A DNA stretch of 59,959 bases. Source: an uncultured Christensenella sp. (GTDB taxonomy: Bacteria; Bacillota; Clostridia; Christensenellales; UBA1242). This document shows, piece after piece, positions 30,191 through 39,100 of the stretch. Numbering within the stretch: position 1 is the first letter of the stretch; the number at the start of each line of letters is the position of its first letter. The stretch spans positions 1 through 59,959 of the forward strand of contig CAYSUG010000004.1 of NCBI GenBank assembly GCA_964434145.1. Direction: 5' to 3'. The notes below the pieces were generated by a model. The model did no database searches and had not been told where the DNA came from. It worked only from the letters and a program-made list of their open reading frames with translations. A program made the translations under genes and the position numbers.

Positions 30191-30875
30191 GATTTCCTTC
30201 CATAACCTTGTGATACAAATCAAATGATGTATGATACTGGCTGTAATCATACCCTATTACTGAATAATAACCATGACTATTGAATAATTTGATACAAGGT
30301 TTGTTCTGGTCATTGATCTGGGCAGACACTAGATTGATATCTTTCTTGCCCGCAAAGAACTCTATGTTGTTATTAAGAGATGTTACTATCCTATTGCCAT
30401 AGCCTCTTCCTTGATGATTCTGCGGCACAACCAAATAATCAATCATATAGTTGTCCAGATCAGATTGGGTCAAAGCCCTCTTGGCATCTGCGAGTAGCAT
30501 ATATTTATCAATTCTGTCTACATCTCTCTCCTCGCACATTGCTACATAATCTTTAAACTCCGAATATGTCACCTTAAGAACATTGCGTTTCATCATCATT
30601 GCACCTACACATACACCACCATCGAAGGCGTAATATGCCTGAGAATGAATATGATTACTCCTAGAGCGAAATAAGTCACCCAACAACATCTTACCACCAG
30701 TAATAAAAGTAGCAACATTACCAGTATTCCACTGGGTCTGGTTCAACCTATCCCTAAACTCGTCCAATGTCTTCATATCATCTATATCGAAATTCATATT
30801 GCCATCTATTGCTGTCAACATCTTCTGTGGTGCATACCACTTCAGTCCCGTATCCTTGTCCAAAAACTCTCTCAT
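30165..30875 (-). CDS. GNAT-family N-acetyltransferase (paralog 3 of 3)
   Basis: 236 aa with VVPQNHQGRGYGNRIV and NKPCIKLFNSHGY. The N-terminus is MREFLDKDTGLKWYA. Confidence 0.8.
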   Translation of the reverse strand: MREFLDKDTGLKWYAPQKMLTAIDGNMNFDIDDMKTLDEFRDRLNQTQWNTGNVATFITGGKMLLGDLFRSRSNHIHSQAYYAFDGGVCVGAMMMKRNVLKVTYSEFKDYVAMCEERDVDRIDKYMLLADAKRALTQSDLDNYMIDYLVVPQNHQGRGYGNRIVTSLNNNIEFFAGKKDINLVSAQINDQNKPCIKLFNSHGYYSVIGYDYSQYHTSFDLYHKVMEGNHVNENVRG

Positions 30876-30971
30876 ATCTTTACCTCATTATAAATATACT
30901 ACAAAATAAATATATATTTCAAGAGGCAATGTAAAATTTAGTAAAATTTAATACAAAAATTATAGTTGCAA

Positions 30972-31130
30972 AACACCCACACCCAACACATATATAGAGG
31001 AAACGATAACTCCCCACCCACTCACTCAACACATATATATTAGAGAGTACGACACCCGACCGCCTAACACATATATAGTGTAGGGAGTACGATATAGCAA
31101 GTGCTAGACCGAACACCTAACACAATATAG
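30972..31130. repeat. degenerate tandem repeat array: four copies of the core AACACA(T)ATATAG with C-rich left flanks and AG(R)GAGTACGATA right flanks
   Basis: Cores start at 30985, 31028, 31066 and 31119, giving spacings of 43, 38 and 53 nt. The array lies in the divergent intergenic region between GNAT paralog 3 and the 124-aa ORF. Confidence 0.8.
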
Positions 31131-31248
31131 CGTGAAAAGAAAATTTATACAAAGGAAAAAAGATATGTTATACAAACCAATAATACAAATCTAACCATCA
31201 TAAAAACAATTAAAAAAATAAAACAAAATAAAAAAGAGGAATAAACAA

Positions 31249-31623
31249 ATGAATAGAATCAACAAAATAAACAATAATAACATTATCACATTAATAGGAA
31301 AAGAAATAATTAAAGAAGAACAAAATAAACATCATAATTTAGTAAAAAATAATACAAATATGCAAATTTTTCAATTTGTAAAAAACAAACTACAACTTAT
31401 AGCAAAAAAGAATATAAATACAAGAATAATATTAGACACTAAAGGCAATCACGGATATATAACCCTGCTAATGAATATATTAACAAAAGAAGATATAATT
31501 AATCTATCTAAGCTATCAAATCTGTGCAGCGAAATAACGATAGATGCTAATCTGAAAGGCCAAATAGAAATAAGTGCAGTAATCCCAAACATAAAAAACA
31601 ATCTTAGTCATTGTTCTGTCTAA
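31249..31623 (+). CDS. hypothetical N/K/I-rich small protein (124 aa) in an extremely A-rich segment
   Basis: The SD is AGAGGA, 9 nt upstream. An open frame of 124 codons is unlikely by chance in sequence this AT-rich, because stop codons are AT-rich. I recognised no family. Confidence 0.45.
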   Translation: MNRINKINNNNIITLIGKEIIKEEQNKHHNLVKNNTNMQIFQFVKNKLQLIAKKNINTRIILDTKGNHGYITLLMNILTKEDIINLSKLSNLCSEITIDANLKGQIEISAVIPNIKNNLSHCSV

Positions 31624-31679
31624 GATTGTATTTTTAACATATCAAATAGAGTGTATGAAGAAAATCTTTTAATGGTTAT

Positions 31680-33104
31680 TTAATCACCTAATTGTTGACC
31701 TTCAGCTACTTTATTTAGAAAATCAGCTGTAGTATAACCTTTGTTTGATAAACTTTGTTGCAAGGACGGAGAATCACTCACTTCTATCTCTGTCATACTT
31801 AAAGTATGGCCATTCTTTTCAATTTCGGATTTATTCAGACAAAAATTACTATATCTCTTTTCACCTAAATCCCATGTAGGGTCACAATAAAACATATCTC
31901 CGTTTTTATTCTTTATTCTAGAAATACAATGATTAGAATCTTTAAAAACTTTATCAGATTCGCCACCACCATAACAAATAACAGGTACTGATTCAAAGCC
32001 CATTGAATTTAACATATAATTAAACAAATTGCTTATCCCTACACACACGCCTTTTTGTTCCATTATTGTATGATAAGAAGATCGCATTGTATTAACTTTA
32101 CCAAATGTTCCTTTTTCAACTTTTTTTAGAAATTTATTTGTATCATTTAAAATTTCATCATTTTCTCTATCATAACCATCATTATCATAAGAGATATTCT
32201 GACAAATCCAATCATATACTTTTGTTATTCGTTGCAAATTACTTACATTATCTCCTTGATCTATTGTTTTTAAAACTCGATCAACACGATCTTGCAGCAC
32301 TTTCATTTGACCACTATTATGCTTAGCACGCACACGCGATTCATTAGCCTCTACCCATTCTATAGATTTGTCATACATTTTTGTATGCATATATGTCAAC
32401 TTATCTGATAGACCAGGATACTTTTTACATAAATGAGGATATGTAGTCGTTGGTAGAGAAATCAGAGCTTCTCCAATTCCAATATTATTTGCTATAGAAT
32501 CAACTACTTTTGTAACATTCATTATATCCTTTAGTACACAGCAATTATTAAAACAAAATGATGCAAAGACTATATCATCACCTTTGAATATAGGTAACTC
32601 ATCCATACCCTGTACTGTAGTTAAAGCTGTACAATTTGCCATATTTAACTCTTGTAATGCTTTATTCCCAGACAAATCAATAGAAGTAATATGTCTCTGG
32701 TTTGCCAAATTCAGAGATTTCAACTTCTTACATTCAGACAAACCTGATAGATCTTCTAATTGACCAAGATTAAATAGATTTTTTAAATTAGTTTTTTCTT
32801 CTTCTACGTTCCTAATGCGGCCAGTTTTAACTCTTTCTTCAAAATCTTGTATATATTCACGAAAACTTATTTCACTATTACCTACAACACTTAATGATTC
32901 GAGATTGGCTAGTTTTTCAATGCCTTTTAAGCTTTTTAGCGCTGTCAATCCTTCTGGTTTTACAGATAGCTTTGTTATAGATTCTAGTACATCATCATCA
33001 ATAACGCCACGATTTAATGAATCAAAAATATCCGACCCAGTCTGTCTCTGGTATTGAAATAATATTGCATTAAATAATTGCTCATTATCCTTTTTGTAAA
33101 ACAT
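31680..33104 (-). CDS. leucine-rich-repeat protein with a C-terminal transglutaminase-like (Cys-His-Asp) domain
   Basis: 474 aa. The LRR units are LKSLKGIEKLANLESLSVVGN and LSECKKLKSLNLANQRHITSIDLSGNKALQELNMANCTALTTV. The transglutaminase core is KGVCVGISNLFNYML...NHCISRI...YCDPTWD. There is no N-terminal signal peptide. Confidence 0.75.
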   Translation of the reverse strand: MFYKKDNEQLFNAILFQYQRQTGSDIFDSLNRGVIDDDVLESITKLSVKPEGLTALKSLKGIEKLANLESLSVVGNSEISFREYIQDFEERVKTGRIRNVEEEKTNLKNLFNLGQLEDLSGLSECKKLKSLNLANQRHITSIDLSGNKALQELNMANCTALTTVQGMDELPIFKGDDIVFASFCFNNCCVLKDIMNVTKVVDSIANNIGIGEALISLPTTTYPHLCKKYPGLSDKLTYMHTKMYDKSIEWVEANESRVRAKHNSGQMKVLQDRVDRVLKTIDQGDNVSNLQRITKVYDWICQNISYDNDGYDRENDEILNDTNKFLKKVEKGTFGKVNTMRSSYHTIMEQKGVCVGISNLFNYMLNSMGFESVPVICYGGGESDKVFKDSNHCISRIKNKNGDMFYCDPTWDLGEKRYSNFCLNKSEIEKNGHTLSMTEIEVSDSPSLQQSLSNKGYTTADFLNKVAEGQQLGD

Positions 33105-33287
33105 TAATTTTTTCCTTGTATTTTAATATTAAAAACATCGCCATAACAACTGGTTTATCTGCAATTTTCTTAATAATCAACTTTAGTTAAGCAAGGCAAT
33201 CATACTGATAATACAAATCTGCCATTAATTCATCAAGTCAATATAAAAATTTTCTAAATCATTTTTTTATTTTTTGTTGCATATATC

Positions 33288-35978
33288 TTATTTGTCTTTT
33301 CCGCAGCACGCTTTATACTTCTTGCCACTACCGCAACTGCACAGATCATTTCTACCTATTGCTCTACCTTTTTTCTTAGTAGGAGTATTTCCTTCTGGAG
33401 CGTTAGTTTGTAACTCACTTGGCTTTACAGCAGGCTTTACCTGAGTTCTAAGATTAATCTTGTAATTAAGAAGGAATGTTGCAGTCTCTCTTCTTATCTT
33501 CATTATCATATTCTCGAACATTGCCGAGCTCTCTTTCTTATACGCAATAATTGGATCTTGGTTACCATAAGCACGCAGACCTATCTCATTACGCAACATC
33601 TCCATATAATCTATATGGTCCATCCATAGCGAATCTACAACCCTCAACAAGATATCGCCCTCTATCTTAGAAGGGTTAATTCCTATAGCTTGAACACCCT
33701 TACATTTTAGCTCATACAATTTGATACACTCTTCTGCTATTTTGTCAGCAAGTTCATCTATATCTAGGTCCTCAACCAGCATTTCTGTCACGAAGTTGGC
33801 ATCTTCTGGCAATATCTTTCCATTTAACTCTTCATTTAATTTATCTAAATCCCATTCATCAAATGTCTTAGATTCATCAATATTGTTATAGACAGTCTCT
33901 TTTGCTAGTTGCTCTATCATACCTACAGCCTCGGCATGAATGTCTGCACCATCTAACACCTTGTTACGCTCATTGTATATAATTATTCTCTGAGTATTAT
34001 TGACATCATCGAACTTCAATACATTGTGTCTAGCGCCGAAGTTGTAGCCCTCTATCTTCCTCTGAGCCTTCTCAATTTGCTTTGATATCATTCCTACTTG
34101 GAAGGAGAATGTCTCTTCTATCTTGAAGAAACTAAGGATACCCTTCATCTTATCTCCACCAAATCTTCGCATCAACTCATCTTCCATACTAACATAGAAT
34201 ACGGAGCTACCTGGGTCACCCTGTCTACCAGCACGACCACGCAACTGATTATCTATTCTTCTACTCTCGTGTCTCTCTGTGCCAATAATATGCAGACCGC
34301 CCAGAGTTATTACTTGTTTTTTCTCCTCATCGGTTACTTTCTTATACTCTGCACATAGTTCTCTATATTTAGTTCTTAAATCTTCTAACTTCTGATCATC
34401 GGTAGCTAGATATGAAGTACAGAACTCTATCTCTTCTTCTGTCGAGCCCATCTCTCTTAGCTTTGCCTTTGCCATATATTCTGGGTTACCGCCCAGCATG
34501 ATATCTGTTCCACGACCAGCCATATTGGTAGCAATAGTAACCGCATCCAGCCTACCAGCCTGTGCTACTATATCACTCTCCCTTTGGTGGTTCTTAGCAT
34601 TCAATACATTATGAGGAATCTTAGCCAATTTCAACATCTTGGACAATTCTTCACTCTTCTCAATTGTCACTGTACCTACTAGAATTGGTCTATGTTCTTC
34701 GTGTATCTTCCTTACCTCTTCTACTATTGCATCCATTTTTGCTCTCTCTGTCTGGAACACAATATCTGGATAATCCTTCCTTCTAATAGGCAGATTGGTA
34801 GGGATTGTCACTACGTCTAGTCCATATATCTTATTGAACTCTATCTCTTCAGTCTTTGCGGTACCAGTCATACCACTCAGTCTATTATATATACGGAAGA
34901 AATTCTGGAATGTAATAGTAGCAAGAGTCTTGTTCTCATCTCTGATTTCTACACCCTCTTTTGCCTCAATTGCTTGGTGCAAGCCGTTGGAATACTTTCT
35001 ACCCTCCATCAGACGACCTGTGAACTCATCTACTATCAATATCTCGCCATCACGCACGATATAATTAGCATCCTTCTTCATTATGAACTGTGCCCTAATC
35101 GCGTTATTAATATGGTGGTTCAACTCAATATGCTCTATATCACTTAGATTCTCTACGCCAAAGAACTTCTCAGCCTTCGCCACACCGCTATCGGTTAGTC
35201 TAATAGCCTTATCTTGTTCTTCTATCTCATAATCGTCTTTCTTCAGATTCTTCGCAAATCTAGCTGCGGACTTGTACGTCTCATTACTCTTCATTCCTCT
35301 GCCAGAAATGATTAGTGGTGTTCTTGCCTCATCTATCAAGATACTATCCACCTCATCCACTATAGCAAAGTGATAACCTCTGGTCACAACTCTGTCTTGT
35401 GCCCTAGTCACCATATTATCCCTCAGATAATCAAAGCCTAATTCGTTATTGGTAGAATAAGTAATATCGCAGTTGTATGCGTCACGCTTCTCCTGAGGAG
35501 ACATATTGTGCAAAGATATACCTACAGTCAGTCCCAAGTACTTGAATATCTTACCCATCCACTCTGCATCACGAGATGTCAAATATTCGTTAACAGTAAC
35601 AATATGCACACCCTTACCCTCTAGCGCCATTAGATACGCAGGCAGAGTCTCTACCAATGTCTTACCTTCACCAGTCCTCATCTCTGCAATACGGCCTTGG
35701 TATAATGCAATTCCACCTAATATCTGAACATGGAAATGCCTTAGCCCCATTACACGGCTACTAGCCTCTCTGACACAAGCATATGCATCTGGCAAGATAT
35801 CCAAGGTAGTCTCGCCGTGCGCTAATCTATCTTTTAACACAGCGGTAGTACCCTTCAATTCTTCTTCATTCATTGCCTTATATTTATCTGACAAAGCCTC
35901 CACTTTGACAGCAATTTTTTCCAATTTTTCAATACTTCTTGCATTGTCTGATGCAAAAATTCTCTTAAAAAAATTCAT
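33288..35978 (-). CDS. secA: preprotein translocase ATPase SecA
   Basis: The likely start is the ATG at 35978 (MNFFKRIFASDNARSIEKL). The DEAD-like motor motifs MRTGEGKT and VDEVDSILIDEARTPLII are present, as is the C-terminal zinc finger CSCGSGKKYKACCG. Confidence 0.98.
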   Translation of the reverse strand: MNFFKRIFASDNARSIEKLEKIAVKVEALSDKYKAMNEEELKGTTAVLKDRLAHGETTLDILPDAYACVREASSRVMGLRHFHVQILGGIALYQGRIAEMRTGEGKTLVETLPAYLMALEGKGVHIVTVNEYLTSRDAEWMGKIFKYLGLTVGISLHNMSPQEKRDAYNCDITYSTNNELGFDYLRDNMVTRAQDRVVTRGYHFAIVDEVDSILIDEARTPLIISGRGMKSNETYKSAARFAKNLKKDDYEIEEQDKAIRLTDSGVAKAEKFFGVENLSDIEHIELNHHINNAIRAQFIMKKDANYIVRDGEILIVDEFTGRLMEGRKYSNGLHQAIEAKEGVEIRDENKTLATITFQNFFRIYNRLSGMTGTAKTEEIEFNKIYGLDVVTIPTNLPIRRKDYPDIVFQTERAKMDAIVEEVRKIHEEHRPILVGTVTIEKSEELSKMLKLAKIPHNVLNAKNHQRESDIVAQAGRLDAVTIATNMAGRGTDIMLGGNPEYMAKAKLREMGSTEEEIEFCTSYLATDDQKLEDLRTKYRELCAEYKKVTDEEKKQVITLGGLHIIGTERHESRRIDNQLRGRAGRQGDPGSSVFYVSMEDELMRRFGGDKMKGILSFFKIEETFSFQVGMISKQIEKAQRKIEGYNFGARHNVLKFDDVNNTQRIIIYNERNKVLDGADIHAEAVGMIEQLAKETVYNNIDESKTFDEWDLDKLNEELNGKILPEDANFVTEMLVEDLDIDELADKIAEECIKLYELKCKGVQAIGINPSKIEGDILLRVVDSLWMDHIDYMEMLRNEIGLRAYGNQDPIIAYKKESSAMFENMIMKIRRETATFLLNYKINLRTQVKPAVKPSELQTNAPEGNTPTKKKGRAIGRNDLCSCGSGKKYKACCGKDK

Positions 35979-35997
35979 ATCCTTATACCTTTTATAC

Positions 35998-36032
35998 AAA
36001 AAAATAGAAAATAGACTCTCGTCTATCTTCTA
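35998..36032 (-). terminator. rho-independent terminator downstream of the 4148-aa gene, immediately upstream of the secA RBS
   Basis: On the minus strand, TAGAAGATAGAC-GAGA-GTCTATTTTCTA (12 bp, 1 mismatch) is followed by T7. Confidence 0.75.
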
Positions 36033-36060
36033 TTCTACACTATTTTTCTTGGTTTTCCAA
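36032..36060 (-). promoter_or_regulatory. candidate secA promoter TTGGAA-17 nt-TAGAAT overlapping the 5' arm of the terminator
   Basis: On the minus strand, TTGGAA is at 36060-36055, the spacer is 17 nt, and TAGAAT is at 36037-36032. Confidence 0.4.
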
Positions 36061-36117
36061 CCAAATTGCCGTAATACCGGCACACTTTGTAGATAAATAC
36101 AAGACTTTTTGTAACAT

Positions 36118-39100
36118 CTACTCTTGTGTTCCCATACCATTCATTGTCCTATATACAACTTTGATATTGCTTGATAACGGATCCAAATCCCAAATCGAAG
36201 GATTAGTTGCATTTCCTAAGACATTATCAAAGATATCATAAGGATTCGCTGAGTCATAAGAGTATGCACTGTCTGGCATATCACCAGTATATGTTCCTAT
36301 GCCAGAAGGTGTAGTCGTATATTGTTTGAATACATTGCTATTATAATATACTCTATCAAATGTAACACCACCAGCGTTATTCGCATATACGCCACCTATT
36401 GTAGCGGAATCGTCTATGGAACTATTTTGCGAATCTAAATCTATAGTGGTATATATATTGGACAATTCACAAGAACTACTTCCATTCTCATACTTGGCAT
36501 ATACAGCACCAAACTTAGCATTGCTGGTAATTTTTAATCCAGCCAATTCCACATAACTATTGGATATTGTTACACTCATCTGTGGTTTGATATAACATAC
36601 CAGTCCACCAATATAATAATCTGACGTTCCGCTGCCACTCATAGTACCAGTATTATAACATCTATCAACAGTGCCCGCATATACAAATGCTGCAATTACG
36701 CCCATATTACGTCCTGTCATTATTCCACTATAAGAGCTAACATAAATACCTGCATTAGCATAATTAATATTATCATATCCGTTGTATACAGCAATGCCTG
36801 CTAATCTAGCATTCGCAGCCCCAGTAGTCTCTGTAATATTGGCAGAGACATTAGCATATGCAATTGTGCCCATATTACTATACACAACACCACCAATATA
36901 CGCATTTGCATTGCTTGTTATTCTTGCCACCAAATCACCAGACACATTCACATTGGCAATCAAACCGTAGTTATATATAGCCACAACACCAACATAAGTA
37001 GGCACCGTTCTATCAATAACATTGTCATCATTATTAGTTAGAACAATATTCATATTTATAACCGCTGCAGTGCTTGCGATATTATAGAACAATCCAGCAT
37101 AATATGCACTGCCCGCCTCATCTATAGAACTGCTAGATATCAATACGTTAAATGAATAATTGCCACCATCTAACACACCATTGAATGCCTTCTGATTATT
37201 TAGTCCCAATGTAGCAGATACAGTCTCTGTAATATCAGTATTTACCACAAAATGGCAGCTTTCGTCAATATAATACTCTATACTATTTAGACTCTTGATT
37301 ACAAATGGTGTATCCTTACTACCATCACCACCGGCAAACAACGTAAAGCTTAATTTTTCCAACATTGTAGGTTTGGATATAAATGATGATGTATTGTCAC
37401 CTGAACTTGTATTACCTGAACCTACAGACATATTACCTATCGCCCTTATTGTCACATTGGTAATATTGTTGGACAAATAACGCAATTTGTAATAAGCATA
37501 TATTGTCTCATCATTTGACTCATCTATAACACTGTATGTAATTACATCTTTGCTATTAATTGTAATAATATCTACATAATATACATTCTCCGTATTCTGG
37601 AAATCAAATACATCTCTATTATTATAATCATTTGCATTTAGACCTAATAGATTGATAACTTGCAGTCTTAGTTTGTCTATTTCTGCCCTCTTGTCTCCAA
37701 AATAATTACCTGAATGAATACTGAAATTATCATAATTTATTATCAATCTAGTAATATTGTTATAATGACTTGTTGCCTCAGTTGCATCTTCCCTTTGATA
37801 AGCTACTACAATCTCATAATTAACATTTCTAACATATTCCCATGATAACGTTCCGTTATTATCATAGCTAAGACTTTCTGGCGTACTAGGCAGCGATATC
37901 TCCATTGCTTGTGCTAACTTCGTCTCTGTAGCAAGGTGATATGTCAAATAATATGTATCGTTGATACTATCCTTAGCTATAGAAGATTCTATTGTATCAC
38001 CTATTGATTGCAGATATATATAGATACTAGAAGAATCCAAAGTATTAAGAGTTCTATCCATTGCAAAATATATATTGTCGTCACTGATGCTAAGGCAAGT
38101 ATTGTAATCACCCTCCATAGCCACAAGATCTCCATTATTATCTATCTGATATAGTGTAACGATAGAACCACGTATCTTATAGATATAACGCAATACCGCA
38201 CCCTCCAATACATCACTATGACTAGTATATATCTCTATATTATAACTCACAACATTATCATTCGGCTTTTCCCAATAAATATAGTTACTATATTTGTATT
38301 CTGAAGGAATGCCACTAAATATACTTTGTTCTTTCGCATCTGTAGAAGCCTCGTATTGTCTAGGATTAACTGCTGTATCTGGATTGTTTAGCATAACAAA
38401 ATTCGTCATTACAGCCTCGCTAGATATCACATACTCTGTATTCTCACCAAATGCGATATTGTATCTGTTTTCATTCGCAAAGAATCTAATAGATACCTCA
38501 TAGTTCTGGCCTTCTATGAATTGAATCGTTGATGATCCATGACCATTTGGATTATCATTAGTAAATTTTGCCTTGTAGTGATCTGCAGAACTAGTTCCGT
38601 CAATCTCTATAGAAATTTTTTCTGCTAATATTTTCTGGAACTGGAAGCTAGATATATCATAGCCAAATTCTAACTTAAGCGTAGTATCTACCTCAGTCTC
38701 TACATCCCCTACATAGACCTTTCCCTTAATCGTGATTCTGGTTGCAGCTAGCTCGCTGCCCATTACACTTGTAGTTGTATTCCAACTAATATCTCCGTCT
38801 GTTACCCTAACCTCAGGATAATGAATAGTCCTAATATAGAAGTCTGCAGTGTATACGCTACGCAATATTGCATCCTTAACCTCTGGAGACGTATCTGAGA
38901 AATTGGTTTTGTCTATAGACTTGATCTTGATTGTATAGGAACCTGCATTTGGAACAAACTTGTCGCCAATACCTACACCATCAGAATCGTATTGTGGATA
39001 CAAACTGTATATATTTAGGCTCTTAGACTTTAATACACCTGATGTATATACAAGATTACCACTAGAGTAGATGAATACAATATAGTCATTATTATAACTA

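Noticed and set aside
30919-31116. A 65-aa minus-strand ORF in the GNAT/124-aa-ORF intergenic region.
   Set aside because: It lies entirely within the degenerate tandem repeats. Its sequence (…HYICVRRSG…YICVGCGC…) simply mirrors the repeat units. It has no SD and no recognisable fold features, so it is probably not coding.
30972-31130. A possible CRISPR array.
   Set aside because: The conserved core is only about 12-13 nt. The copies are degenerate, the spacings are irregular (43, 38 and 53 nt), there are only four copies, and no cas genes are in the window.
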